Shown here piece by piece: positions 9,309 through 19,571 of a stretch of 64,000 nucleotides of DNA. Under the pieces are notes generated by a model. The model saw only the letters and a list, made by a program, of their open reading frames with translations. It did not search any database and had not been told where the DNA came from. The stretch is from Pseudomonadota bacterium. GTDB taxonomy: Bacteria > Pseudomonadota > Alphaproteobacteria > Caulobacterales > Parvularculaceae. The position numbers and the translations under genes were made by a program. Within the stretch, counting starts at the first letter, position 1. Each line of letters starts with the position of its first letter. Location: contig JBCCUQ010000008.1 in the NCBI GenBank assembly GCA_039196665.1, forward strand, positions 1,996 to 65,995. The letters run 5' to 3'.

Positions 9309-10708
9309 GCGACAAGCCTTTCTTGTTTGATGAGAGATTGAAGCGTTGCGCCATCGGCAAGCGCCGCCACTTCGCCGATTACCAGAAGCGCGGGACCTTT
9401 TATGCTCCCCGCTTCAATCAGCCTCGGCAAGTCGGCAAGCGTTCCCTTGACGATGACTTCATTCTCGCGCGTGCCGTTCTCAATCACCGCGACTGGTGTT
9501 GCGCCTGCGCGGCCGTTAGAGATGAGGTTATTAGCTATCGCGGCCGCCTTGCCGACGCCCATATAGACAACGAGGGTGTTGTTGAGCGCCGCCAGCGCGG
9601 CCCAGTCCAGGGCGGGGTCGGCATCACCTTTCGCGTGACCAGTCACAAATGTGACGGCCTGGGCGTGATCGCGATGGGTGAGCGCTAGGCCTGCGCTGGC
9701 GGCGCAACCGGTTGCGGCAGTGATGCCGGGCGTCACATAAGCGGGTATGCCCGCAGCGCGCACGGCTTCCAGCTCTTCACCGCCGCGTCCAAAGACAAAA
9801 GGATCACCGCCTTTTAGACGGACAACAATTTTGCCATCGCGGGCAAGCGCAATCATATGCGCTTCAATATTTTTCTGTGACACAGTGTGCTCAGCTTTCG
9901 CCTTTCCCACATAGAGCCGTTCCGCATCACGGCGCGCGAGGTCTAGAACTTCGTCACTAACCAGGCGGTCGTAGAGAATAACGTCCGCTGACTGAATAAG
10001 TCGGAAGGCCTTCAATGTAAGAAGTTCGGGATCGCCCGGCCCGGCGCCGACAATATGAACAACACCGCTGCGTTCCGCGCCCGCCTCACGCTTCAATGCG
10101 GCGAGCATAGCCTCATGAGCGCCGCGTTCGTCGCCGGCCAGCACCTGTGCGGCGATCGGACCGTCAAAGAAAGCTTCCCAGAAAGCGCGGCGATCATCAC
10201 CCGCGACCTTGCCCTTCACCGCATCGCGATAGCTTTGCGCAAACTTCAGCAACGCGCCGGCGCGGCGAGGCAACATGGCTTCGATCTTTGACCGCAAGGC
10301 GCGCCCAAAGACCGGTCCGGCGCCATCGGTTGAGATCGCCACGGTCAGCCGGCCGCGATCAATGATGGACGGGGTCGTAAAATCGCAAAGCGCCGGCTTG
10401 TCGACAACATTGATCAGCGCGCCTGCATTTCGCCCAACTTGCGCCCAGCGTTCCGCCAGTTCCGCATCATCGAGCGCGACGAACACCAGGGCGGCGCCCT
10501 CGAAATCCGCTTCAACCGGCTCTCGACTAACAAAGGCCGCCGCATCTTGAAGCTCTTCCCGGACCGCCTTCTCAATCTCGGGCCAAATCACCTTGACCTT
10601 GGCCCCGGCGGCGAGGGCCAGCCGCGCCTTTCGCAAACCGGCCTCTCCGCCGCCGACAATCACGACGAGCCGGTTTTGAAGGTCTATATAAGCTGGAAAC
10701 CGTTTCAT
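9305..10708 (-). CDS. cysG: siroheme synthase
   Basis: VGGGEAG NAD-binding N-domain plus VGAGPGDPELLT / RLKGGDPFVFGRGGEE methyltransferase domain; start at MKRFP (10708). Confidence 0.95.
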   Translation of the reverse strand: MKRFPAYIDLQNRLVVIVGGGEAGLRKARLALAAGAKVKVIWPEIEKAVREELQDAAAFVSREPVEADFEGAALVFVALDDAELAERWAQVGRNAGALINVVDKPALCDFTTPSIIDRGRLTVAISTDGAGPVFGRALRSKIEAMLPRRAGALLKFAQSYRDAVKGKVAGDDRRAFWEAFFDGPIAAQVLAGDERGAHEAMLAALKREAGAERSGVVHIVGAGPGDPELLTLKAFRLIQSADVILYDRLVSDEVLDLARRDAERLYVGKAKAEHTVSQKNIEAHMIALARDGKIVVRLKGGDPFVFGRGGEELEAVRAAGIPAYVTPGITAATGCAASAGLALTHRDHAQAVTFVTGHAKGDADPALDWAALAALNNTLVVYMGVGKAAAIANNLISNGRAGATPVAVIENGTRENEVIVKGTLADLPRLIEAGSIKGPALLVIGEVAALADGATLQSLIKQERLVA

Positions 10709-10968
10709 GTTAGTTTTTCTATCAATAAATTTGTGTGCACCTTGAGATGAGGCAGTGGATGCGAAGCTATGGGTTATCTGCAAGACGCTCAAACCATTAT
10801 TTTTCGCCACTTTTAGAGATTTTCTGACAAGGGCGTATTTATCCGAGGTTTTTTCTGTAAATAGATTATCTGTCTGTTCTTCACATTGGCGTGACTATAC
10901 GCTAATAGCTTGCTTAAATAGATCAGCTAATGGAATGTGATTAAATCTGACCGGGTAGAGAGAGAAAA

Positions 10969-11904
10969 ATGAAACAGATACCGCCACTAAATGGGCTTCG
11001 CGTCTTTGAAGCCGCGGCCAGACATTTGAGTTTCACTAAAGCTGCGGAAGAGTTGAACGTCACCCCCGGCGCCGTCAGCCAGCAGATCAAGGCGTTGGAG
11101 GATTTCCTGCAAACGCCGGTCTTTCGCCGCCAGAAACGCTCACTGCTGCTCACCGACGAAGCTCAGGCAAGCTTGCCGATCCTGCGTGAGGGGTTCGACA
11201 AGCTGGCTGAGGCGGGAAAAATCCTTTCCGCGAAAGCTGACACAGGCCGGCTTACCGTATCGGTCGCGCCGTCTCTCGCCTCGAAATGGCTGGTGCCGCG
11301 CCTCGACCGGTTTCAGGAAGCCCATCCCGACATCGATGTCTGGGTCTCGGCCGACATGGATGTTGTCGACTTCGCCGTCGATGATGTCGACCTCGCCATT
11401 CGTTATGGGAGCGGGCGCTATCCGGGCCTCATTGCCGAGCATCTGATGGCGGAAACCATCGTTCCTGTTTGCAGCCCGAACCTTTTGACCGGCGATCATC
11501 CGCTGAAGTCACCGGAAGATCTCATTCATCACACGCTTTTGCATGATATCAGTCCAGACAAGGATGAAAGCTGCCCAACATGGCCAATGTGGATGAAAGC
11601 CGCCGGCATCTGCCATAAGGCCGGCGAACGCGGCCTGAAATTCAATCAGTCCAGCCTGGTGATCGAAGCCGCTGTCGCCGGAAAAGGCGTGGCGCTGGCA
11701 AAATCAGCGCTGGCCTTAGCGGATCTCGAAGCGGCGCGGCTTGTCATTCCATTTGACATGACGACGCCAACCAATTTCGCCTATTACATTGTCCACCCGC
11801 CCTCAAAATCCTCCGCACCCGCAGTAAAGGCCTTTTCGGCGTGGCTGAAGGAAGAGGCCGCGACGACAATCGATGCAACCCAGTCTCAGGAAGCGGCGGC
11901 TTGA
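10969..11904 (+). CDS. LysR family transcriptional regulator, GcvA-like
   Basis: PPLNGLRVFEAAARHLSFTKAAEELNVTPGAVSQQIK HTH; WLVPRL...HPDI; divergent from cysG. Confidence 0.92.
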   Translation: MKQIPPLNGLRVFEAAARHLSFTKAAEELNVTPGAVSQQIKALEDFLQTPVFRRQKRSLLLTDEAQASLPILREGFDKLAEAGKILSAKADTGRLTVSVAPSLASKWLVPRLDRFQEAHPDIDVWVSADMDVVDFAVDDVDLAIRYGSGRYPGLIAEHLMAETIVPVCSPNLLTGDHPLKSPEDLIHHTLLHDISPDKDESCPTWPMWMKAAGICHKAGERGLKFNQSSLVIEAAVAGKGVALAKSALALADLEAARLVIPFDMTTPTNFAYYIVHPPSKSSAPAVKAFSAWLKEEAATTIDATQSQEAAA

Positions 11905-11920
11905 TAGGGTGAAAAATTTT

Positions 11921-12066
11921 GCGCCCGCGCTCATTATGGGGGAGACTGAGCACGGGCGCTAAGAAACAACCCTTTGGGGGAGACATAAGGGCCGCATCAG
12001 TCGGTTGGAGATAAAGCCCGCAGCATTTATTGCAAGGTTACCCAGCTTACAAAAACGTAAGCTGGG
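11921..12066. ncRNA. candidate sRNA: tandem hairpins with identical TGGGGGAGAC loops
   Basis: Stem 11921-11933/11947-11959 (12 of 13 paired) and stem 11970-11974/11987-11991 both carry TGGGGGAGAC in the loop; a third GGAGA at 12007-12011; ends in a perfect 10-bp hairpin. Confidence 0.5.
12041..12066. terminator. probable intrinsic terminator hairpin between convergent genes
   Basis: CCCAGCTTAC-aaaaac-GTAAGCTGGG perfect 10-bp stem. Confidence 0.65.
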
Positions 12067-12075
12067 ACTTAGGTT

Positions 12076-12510
12076 TTACGAATCCGCCGCAAGCTGATCA
12101 AGACAATCGCATACCGCCTCAAAAACCAACAGGGTTGAGGCGTGACGCTGCGGATAATCGCGGATTGATTCCAGTAAGGCGAGGTCTTTCCAGCGCTCGC
12201 CCGTTGGCGGGGAGCCATTTTCTTTCAGCATAGCGCACATCTGATCCCGCAGCCGATAAAGCTCATCCGGCGTTGCGCCGATAATATTGCGCGCGACGAT
12301 TGACGCCGCCGCCTGCCCCAGGGCGCAGGCGCGCGCGGACATGCCGAACTCAGAGACAGCGCCATCTTTAAGCGACAGATCGACTTCGATTTCCGACCCA
12401 CAGACACGACTGATTTTCACAGCGCTCGCCTGCGGATGCTCGAGACGCCGCGCCGGCGGGATCGCCGCCGCCGCGTCCAGAATGCCGCCGGAATAAAGGT
12501 CGCTAATCAT
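12076..12510 (-). CDS. NifU/IscU-like Fe-S scaffold domain protein
   Basis: SRVCGSEI, ACALGQAAAS, RHAST; start at MISDLY (12510). Confidence 0.85.
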   Translation of the reverse strand: MISDLYSGGILDAAAAIPPARRLEHPQASAVKISRVCGSEIEVDLSLKDGAVSEFGMSARACALGQAAASIVARNIIGATPDELYRLRDQMCAMLKENGSPPTGERWKDLALLESIRDYPQRHASTLLVFEAVCDCLDQLAADS

Positions 12511-12658
12511 GCAGCTTATGTGGCGTCTTTCTGACGACAAATCAAAGGGGGCGTATTCCAAAATTCGCAATTTCTGCCGGACCAAACCATTAGGGTGCCC
12601 GGTTTAAACGGCCACGCTCGCCACGGGCGCGACATATTGGGATAGAAAGGCAACCAGA

Positions 12659-13120
12659 ATGCGTTCTTTTTTCCTCGCTGCGATTTTAACGCCGCTGGCG
12701 CTGGCAGCTTTAACTGCCCCGGCTAACGCACAAAGCGCGCGCACCGTCATGGAAACCTATGACGAAGGCCCTGTCTGGCACATGATTTACATGCGCACAG
12801 GCCCCGGTCAGCAGGCTCAATATATTGAAAGCCTAAGCGGTGTCTGGAAGCAACAGATTGAGCTCGCCGAAGAAATGGGCTTTGTCCTGGACCATCACGT
12901 TCTCGCAAAGTGGCCGGCGAACCCTGATGACTGGGATGTTCTCATCATCGAAGTCTTCCCGAACATGGCCGCCTATGACGAGTTCTGGGAGAACTGGGCC
13001 AGGGTCGACGCCGAAATCCTCCGCACACGCCAGCAGGAACAGGAAGCGGGTGAGAGAGTGCGCGCCGAAAGAACAATGCTTGGGGTTCAGATCGCGCGGG
13101 AGGTGTTGTTTCGCAATTAA
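12659..13120 (+). CDS. exported hypothetical protein (possible dimeric alpha+beta barrel fold)
   Basis: 153 aa, signal peptide ending ANA, RBS GAAAGG; fold is inference. Confidence 0.7.
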   Translation: MRSFFLAAILTPLALAALTAPANAQSARTVMETYDEGPVWHMIYMRTGPGQQAQYIESLSGVWKQQIELAEEMGFVLDHHVLAKWPANPDDWDVLIIEVFPNMAAYDEFWENWARVDAEILRTRQQEQEAGERVRAERTMLGVQIAREVLFRN

Positions 13121-13125
13121 AAAAG

Positions 13126-13166
13126 GGCGCGAGCTTTTCCGTCGACTTATTAGAGAAGCTCGCGCC
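13126..13166. terminator. terminator hairpin between convergent genes
   Basis: GGCGCGAGCTTTTC / GAGAAGCTCGCGCC 14-bp stem. Confidence 0.6.
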
Positions 13167-13188
13167 GCGTTGTTACGAGAACGCTCGC

Positions 13189-13887
13189 TTACGACAAATC
13201 AAACAGTAAGATTTCGCTGTCGTCGAGCGCCTTGAACGAGAGGCGGTCGAGGTCCTCGATCTTCGCACCATCGCCAGCCTGCATCACAGACCCTTCAGGC
13301 AGTTCAACGCCGCCTTTGGCGATCTGCAGCCAGCCATAACGCCCTGGCGCAAAATCATGCGACAGGCCGTCACCATTCTTCATGACCGCGCCGTAAAGAT
13401 CAGCGTCTTGATTAATCCGGATGGACCCGTCCCGGCCGTCGCCGGACGCCATCAGCGCAAGCGCCCCATCGCGCGCATCGCCTATTCTACGTTCCTCATA
13501 GCCGGGTTTCGCGCCTTTCATATTCGGCAGCAGCCATATTTGATAAAGATGCAGCGGATCCTCATCCGACGCATTGAACTCGCTATGGGTCACGCCTGAT
13601 CCGGCGCACATATATTGCACCATGCCCGGCGTGATGGTCCCGCCACCGCCCGTTGAATCCTTGTGCTGTAAAGCGCCATCGAGAACATAGGTGATGATCT
13701 CCATGTCCTGATGCGGATGCGGCGGAAAACCGGCGCCCGGATTGATGCGGTCCTCATTCATAACACGCAGTGACCGGAATCCCATATGGTCGGGATGGTA
13801 GTAATTCGCGAACGAAAATGTATGGCGCGCGTCGAGCCAGCCATGGGTGGCGTGACCGCGATCAATACCCTTGCGGATCGAAATCAT
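13189..13887 (-). CDS. pirin family protein
   Basis: GFPPHPHQDMEIITYV, HSEFN, LYQIW motifs. Confidence 0.95.
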   Translation of the reverse strand: MISIRKGIDRGHATHGWLDARHTFSFANYYHPDHMGFRSLRVMNEDRINPGAGFPPHPHQDMEIITYVLDGALQHKDSTGGGGTITPGMVQYMCAGSGVTHSEFNASDEDPLHLYQIWLLPNMKGAKPGYEERRIGDARDGALALMASGDGRDGSIRINQDADLYGAVMKNGDGLSHDFAPGRYGWLQIAKGGVELPEGSVMQAGDGAKIEDLDRLSFKALDDSEILLFDLS

Positions 13888-14048
13888 AACTCCTCCTTGC
13901 CGGATGCGCCATTCGAAAAGAGCAGTCCGGACATGTTAAGCTGCGCGTCAGGCGCAGCGTAAGTTGTCGATGAATTGCTTGATATTTAGGGGCCGCAGAC
14001 TGGATTTAAAGGCCGGTCACAAGGCTGTGAAAACAGCTTTCAGAAAGG

Positions 14049-15479
14049 CTATTTGATGAGTTCATGGCGCAACAAGCGCCCGACCGTTTCGTAAACGCTC
14101 ATATTGCGACGGGCGCGGCGTTTCATTTGAGCGAGCGCCGCTTGGTCATACACGGCGCCGCCCTTGATGACGAAAACGGGCTCGCGCAATGTGGCCAGGT
14201 CGGACAACGGGTCCCCCTCGACAATCAACAAATCAGCTTTCGCGCCGACGCTGATCATGCCGAGATCATTGTTTCGCCCAAGCGCTTGCGCCGCGCGCGC
14301 CGTGCCCGAATAAAGAATGTCGTAGGGCGAAAGGCCAAATTCCGACAGGCGCAATATTTCGTCATGGGTGGCGGCGCCGGACACCGTCAGGGAAGGCCCT
14401 GTATCCGAGCCAAGCAGCAGCGGCATTCCCGCCTCATAAAGCGCCCTTGTGACCCGTCCCATATTTTCTGCCGCGCGAATGTACCTGATGGGATCTTCGC
14501 GCGATAGCGGATCGGCCATCATCCTATCGCCAAAAAAAGCAATGACCGGGTTGATGTAATCTCTTGGAATAGTCGCCATGAACGCGTCTTTGTCTTTGGC
14601 CGCCTTTGAAAGGTTATGAAAAGCCGTCAATGTCGGCGTCACATAAACGCCGGACGCCTTGACGTTGCTGGCGATAGCTTCAATCGAGGGGTGGCCTTCG
14701 CGCAAACGATTGAGGGGGTAAGCGTAAATCTCTTCGGCATGCTCAATCGAATGCATGCCGGACGCAAGAATGTCATCAAACTCGACCGCCTGTGGCAGGT
14801 GTCCGGTGACAGGGATGTTCAAAGCCGCAGCTTCATCCATGATTGCATGAAATATATGCGCCTCGAGCCCGTTATAGATTTTTATAAAATCATAACCGGC
14901 GCCGGCGTAACGCCGCACAAGCGCACGGGCCTCTTCTTCTGACGTTACATATTTATGGAATGGCGCTGAATCATTCTGATTTAACGTAGGGCTTGCCGTA
15001 TACAATGTCGGCCCCGGATATCGTCCGGCTTCTAGTTCCGCGCGCCACTCAAGGTGTATGCCCTCAAGGCCCATCATATTGCGCACCGTCGTTACGCCAT
15101 GTGAGAGGTAGAGCAGCAGGTCCGTTCGGTCGAAAACATGGACGTGCATGTCAATCAGGCCGGGCGTCAGCGTTCGACCGGCGCCGTCAATACGGAGTTC
15201 GTCGGCCACAGGCGCCGGGTTCTCGTTTAAAATCCCGGAAACGACGCCATTTTCGATAACCACCCAGCGGTCTTCCAATATTTCCGGTGTTTCATCGGTC
15301 ATGGGCAAAACGTCGATCCGTTCAATCACAACGCGCTTAAGAAGCGGCGCATCGATTCCAGGATCGAAGCGTTGCATTGCGGCGAATGGAATAGACAGCC
15401 CGACAAGCCCAGCCGACGCGACACATAATACAACTAGCGCAACCAGGCCGCGCGCAGCCAATTTTATCAACAGCTTCAT
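14049..15479 (-). CDS. amidohydrolase family protein, N-terminally anchored/exported
   Basis: PGLIDMHVH, FIKIY, GH, EH, GSD metal ligands; GAKADLL C-terminal motif. Confidence 0.9.
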   Translation of the reverse strand: MKLLIKLAARGLVALVVLCVASAGLVGLSIPFAAMQRFDPGIDAPLLKRVVIERIDVLPMTDETPEILEDRWVVIENGVVSGILNENPAPVADELRIDGAGRTLTPGLIDMHVHVFDRTDLLLYLSHGVTTVRNMMGLEGIHLEWRAELEAGRYPGPTLYTASPTLNQNDSAPFHKYVTSEEEARALVRRYAGAGYDFIKIYNGLEAHIFHAIMDEAAALNIPVTGHLPQAVEFDDILASGMHSIEHAEEIYAYPLNRLREGHPSIEAIASNVKASGVYVTPTLTAFHNLSKAAKDKDAFMATIPRDYINPVIAFFGDRMMADPLSREDPIRYIRAAENMGRVTRALYEAGMPLLLGSDTGPSLTVSGAATHDEILRLSEFGLSPYDILYSGTARAAQALGRNNDLGMISVGAKADLLIVEGDPLSDLATLREPVFVIKGGAVYDQAALAQMKRRARRNMSVYETVGRLLRHELIK

Positions 15480-15600
15480 GTCGACTGCCTCTTCAGAACA
15501 GAAATTTCCGCTCTGGAAATAGAGGCCTGACCTACCCTGCGTCGTCCTGTTTCACGATCCGGGACGAATTAAATGCTACATTGCAAACATTGAGTGCGCA

Positions 15601-16671
15601 TTATTTCGTTTCATGGGGGGCGCCATCGGCAAGAGCGTGACGAAACTGGGTTGGCGTCATCCCGGTCTCTTTCTTGAAACTATGGTTGAACGCCGACTTT
15701 GAATTAAACCCGACGTCATAAGCCAAATTTAGCAACGGCTTTTGCCGGTTCTGTTCATCGGCCAGCAATCGCTTGAACTCTTCCACCCGGATCTGATTGA
15801 TAAAATCGGAGAAATTCCGTTGCGCCACAATGTTAATCACGCGCGACAAGGCTCTCGGATCGGTATCAAGACGAGCCGCCAGGTCATTCAGCGTCAGTCT
15901 GGGCTCCTTGAAGGCGCCGTCATTTTTAATTTTCGCCGTCAGCGTTTCAAAGGCGCTTTTATCCTGCGCGCTGGCGATGACTCCAACGGGCGCGTGGGCG
16001 GTTTCATCGCTCGCCTGTAGATCCTCTACAGAAAACCCTTTAAAAATAGCCGCCTGGCGCATTCCCCTCAGAATGACAATGTTGATAAGAATAAAGACTG
16101 CCGCCAGAACGCCAAAATAAGCGACGTCCTGAAGAAGAAGCGGCGCTCGCCCGGACAGCGAGATTCGCAGTACATCGACAAGGGTTAAAACAACAAAGGC
16201 CGCAATCACCGCTGCAAGCCAGCGCAGGCTTATGGTATTCTCGTCAGTGCGCAGGTTGCGCGACGCGCTTTGAAAGCGCACCAGATCCCGACCGATCAGC
16301 AAAAAATAGAGCAAGATGCTCGCACCAGCCGCAAGCCTTAGCAGTGATATGCTCATAGGCGCCAACATCACGATTGCAGCGGGAACTGCGTGAAGCGTAT
16401 CAACAGGGCGCAAGGCAAAATCCGACCGACTAAGCTCACGGACAAACAAAAACAGCAAAGGGCCGTAAAGGAATCCAAAAGCGAAGGTCGCGTGCGACGC
16501 CCATGAAAATCCCATCGCCTCGGCCAGAAAGTTCAACAGCATATGCGTTGAAAACACCGCTAGCAGCAACACCAATACCGGCCTTTTCATGTGTGAAAAA
16601 ATAAAAGCCGCAAAAAATGCTGCATGAAACGCAAAGATCAGTTGGACTATATTGGCGGCGTCTATAGTCAT
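15601..16671 (-). CDS. membrane-anchored AraC family regulator
   Basis: About seven hydrophobic segments followed by FSDFINQIRV...VGFNSKSAFNHSFKKETGMTP AraC HTH. Confidence 0.9.
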   Translation of the reverse strand: MTIDAANIVQLIFAFHAAFFAAFIFSHMKRPVLVLLLAVFSTHMLLNFLAEAMGFSWASHATFAFGFLYGPLLFLFVRELSRSDFALRPVDTLHAVPAAIVMLAPMSISLLRLAAGASILLYFLLIGRDLVRFQSASRNLRTDENTISLRWLAAVIAAFVVLTLVDVLRISLSGRAPLLLQDVAYFGVLAAVFILINIVILRGMRQAAIFKGFSVEDLQASDETAHAPVGVIASAQDKSAFETLTAKIKNDGAFKEPRLTLNDLAARLDTDPRALSRVINIVAQRNFSDFINQIRVEEFKRLLADEQNRQKPLLNLAYDVGFNSKSAFNHSFKKETGMTPTQFRHALADGAPHETK

Positions 16672-16695
16672 TGTCGCGTCGCCGCCTCCCCTAAG

Positions 16696-17682
16696 CTAAT
16701 GGCCGCTTTGAAAAAGCAGAATAGCGATTGTCAGTGCTAAGAGTAAAAACACTAGCACACCTGCGTTCACTCGTGTCGCCCTTGCTGCGGATATTTTCTC
16801 AATCCAAGTGCGCGGCCGAACGCCTTTATAGGCAAAGATAACAAGCGCTGCGAGATTGACGCAGACAACATTCACCGTAAGCAGCAAAGCCGCGCGAACG
16901 GCGTTGTCGATATCGCCGGCGCCAAGAAACATGCCCGCCGCTGCGGAAGGCGGCAAAAGCGCTACGGCGACCATCACGCCCACAAGCGCCGCCGGCAGCC
17001 CAGCCGCAATAGATAACGCCGCCGCGCCGCCGGAAGCCAAAGCAAGCGCGATTGAATCCAACCCCAACGCTGTTCTTGCGTTCAACTCCGGGCTTGCAAA
17101 ATCGACGGGAAAAATTGCGCCAATGGCGCCGGCGACCAACGCACCCAACCCCAGACCGGCCAGCGCCGTACGGGAAGCACGCAACAGAAGCGCGAGATCG
17201 CCGATCGCCGCTGCGAATGCAAAAGCGACAACAGGGCCCAATAAAGGCGCGATGACCATGGCGCCGATGACGACCGCGACATTGCTGGTGGAAAGCCCGA
17301 TGGCCGCGACGATTGTGGACAGGACAGTCAGCACCAGAAAATCACTGGTCAATGCCGCGCCCCCGGCGGTATCGTGATAAATCTCTTCGCGCGAAGCGGA
17401 GGTCTTTCGTCGCTTTTCCCTGTCTACGTGTTTTGCTTCCAGCTTTGGCGCCGTCGCCTCAACCGGCAGCACGATGATGCGCCAATCTTTTTCGCTCTCA
17501 AACAGACTTTGCAAAGCATCCATGATCTCCTGCGTCGCGCCGCTTTCAAACACGGCGCGAAGAACGCAATGCCCGGAAGAGTCGGGATCACTGATGCGCC
17601 AGTGTATTGCTTCAGCCAGTTCCACGTATTTTTGGACGCGCTCGCGATAGTCTTCGGGGAATTCGACTTCAATCAGGCGCAT
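16696..17682 (-). CDS. TIGR00341/DUF389 family membrane protein
   Basis: VVIGAMVIAPLLGP, GVMVAVALLPP motifs. Confidence 0.88.
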   Translation of the reverse strand: MRLIEVEFPEDYRERVQKYVELAEAIHWRISDPDSSGHCVLRAVFESGATQEIMDALQSLFESEKDWRIIVLPVEATAPKLEAKHVDREKRRKTSASREEIYHDTAGGAALTSDFLVLTVLSTIVAAIGLSTSNVAVVIGAMVIAPLLGPVVAFAFAAAIGDLALLLRASRTALAGLGLGALVAGAIGAIFPVDFASPELNARTALGLDSIALALASGGAAALSIAAGLPAALVGVMVAVALLPPSAAAGMFLGAGDIDNAVRAALLLTVNVVCVNLAALVIFAYKGVRPRTWIEKISAARATRVNAGVLVFLLLALTIAILLFQSGH

Positions 17683-17684
17683 TT

Positions 17685-19058
17685 CTAAGCCCGGCGCCAG
17701 GTTGCGCCGTCGGCTCCGTCTTCAATAATGACGCCTTTCGCTGCAAGGTCGTCACGTATCTGATCGGACTTCGCAAAATCCTTCGCCTTGCGCGCATTGG
17801 CGCGCTCGATAAGAAGGGCGTCGATTTCTTCATCAGACGGACCGTCGCCGGCGTCACCCTTGAACCACACAGCAGGGTCGATATTGAAAAAGCCCATCAG
17901 GCGCCCGGCATTGCGCAGCCGCGCGATCGCATTGGCGCGCGCGTCCCCATCCATCTGCCCGGCGATATCGCGCAATTCATGAAGACCGGCGAATGCCTCC
18001 GGCGTATTCAGATCGTCGCCAAGGGCAAGCGCCACACTCTGCGGCGCGTCCCCGATCTCTTCGGAAAACGGTATCTCTTCCAGCAGCCGATAGAAACGGT
18101 CGAGCTGTTTTTTCGATTGCGTGAGCAGACCTTCAGTCCACTCCAAAGGCTGGCGGTAATGCGCCGACAACAACGCCCAGCGAATGACCTCCCCATGCCA
18201 GTCTTTCAACAGATCATGGGCAAGCACAATATTGCCAAGCGATTTCGACATCTTATCACTTCCCATACGGAGGAAACCATTATGCATCCAGTAACGCGCC
18301 AATGGTGCACCGTCATGAGCGCAAGCGGACTGAGCGATTTCGTTTTCATGATGGGGAAAGCGTAAATCCTGACCGCCGCCATGAATATCAATAGTACCGC
18401 CCATCTCAGATTCGATCATCACGGAGCATTCAAGATGCCAACCCGGACGCCCGCGGCCCCAGGGGCTGTCCCAACCGGGCTCATCATCGCGCGACGGTTT
18501 CCATAGAACAAAATCCGCCGGGTTCTTTTTGTAAGGCGCGACTTCAACGCGCGCGCCGGCGATCATCTCATCGCGGTCAACGCCGGAAAGCTTTCCATAG
18601 GCGTCATAACTATCGACATTGAACAAGACATGCCCCTCACCTTCATAGGCCGCGCCTTTGCCGATCAGCTTTTCAATCATGGCGATCATCGGCGTGATAT
18701 GACCGGTTGCAGCCGGTTCTGATGTCGGCGCCAGAACGCCAAGCGCCGCCATGTCATCACGATAGATTTTTGCGAATTTCGCTGTGATCGCGCTGATCGG
18801 GGCGCCGGTCTCGCGCGACGCCTTGATGATCTTGTCATCGATGTCCGTGATATTGCGCGCATAGACGACATGGTCGGCGCCGTAGTGCTGGCGCAACACA
18901 CGATAGAGAAGATCGAAAACAACTGCCGCTCGAGCGTTGCCGATATGGGCGTAGCTGTAAACCGTCGGCCCGCAGACATAGAGGGTGACGCGCTTCGGAT
19001 CGGCGGGTTCAAAGTCGCGCTTTTCGCGCGCCATCGAGTCATAAATCGTCAGCGACAT
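17685..19058 (-). CDS. cysS: cysteine--tRNA ligase
   Basis: CGPTVY..HIGN, PGWHLEC, HHENE, KMSKS. Confidence 0.97.
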   Translation of the reverse strand: MSLTIYDSMAREKRDFEPADPKRVTLYVCGPTVYSYAHIGNARAAVVFDLLYRVLRQHYGADHVVYARNITDIDDKIIKASRETGAPISAITAKFAKIYRDDMAALGVLAPTSEPAATGHITPMIAMIEKLIGKGAAYEGEGHVLFNVDSYDAYGKLSGVDRDEMIAGARVEVAPYKKNPADFVLWKPSRDDEPGWDSPWGRGRPGWHLECSVMIESEMGGTIDIHGGGQDLRFPHHENEIAQSACAHDGAPLARYWMHNGFLRMGSDKMSKSLGNIVLAHDLLKDWHGEVIRWALLSAHYRQPLEWTEGLLTQSKKQLDRFYRLLEEIPFSEEIGDAPQSVALALGDDLNTPEAFAGLHELRDIAGQMDGDARANAIARLRNAGRLMGFFNIDPAVWFKGDAGDGPSDEEIDALLIERANARKAKDFAKSDQIRDDLAAKGVIIEDGADGATWRRA

Positions 19059-19172
19059 GAGATCGACCTTCCATTTCACCGGTTAGCTAACCGCGCCGCG
19101 CCGGTAAGGCAACAAGCGTGCAGCTTCCAAGGGGGCTGTGCCCGTGGCCTGCGCGCTGCTAGACTCATGCCT

Positions 19173-19571
19173 ATGACCAACACAGCATTCACCGCCCCCG
19201 ACGCCATTGGCGAGACAATAGAGGAAACGCCCGTTTTCGCCCCAAAATTCGGCGGCGACGGCCTGATCCCGGCTGTCGCGACCGATGCACAGACCGGGCG
19301 ATTGTTGATGCTCGCTTACATGAATGAAGAGGCGCTCGCCAAGACGATTGAGACCGGCGACGCCTGGTACTGGTCGCGATCGCAAAGAGCCCTTTGGCGT
19401 AAAGGCGCGACGTCCGGAAACATTCAAAAGGTGGTTGAGATTAGAACCGACTGTGATCAGGACGCAATCGAGCTTGTGGTCGAACAGACCGGACCCGCCT
19501 GTCATACGAATCGGAAATCCTGCTTTTATCGCATCGTGAAATCCACAAACGCGCTTGCGTTCAACGACTAG
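19173..19571 (+). CDS. hisI: phosphoribosyl-AMP cyclohydrolase
   Basis: [32 protein letters not shown]; start 19173 or 19167. Confidence 0.95.
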   Translation: MTNTAFTAPDAIGETIEETPVFAPKFGGDGLIPAVATDAQTGRLLMLAYMNEEALAKTIETGDAWYWSRSQRALWRKGATSGNIQKVVEIRTDCDQDAIELVVEQTGPACHTNRKSCFYRIVKSTNALAFND

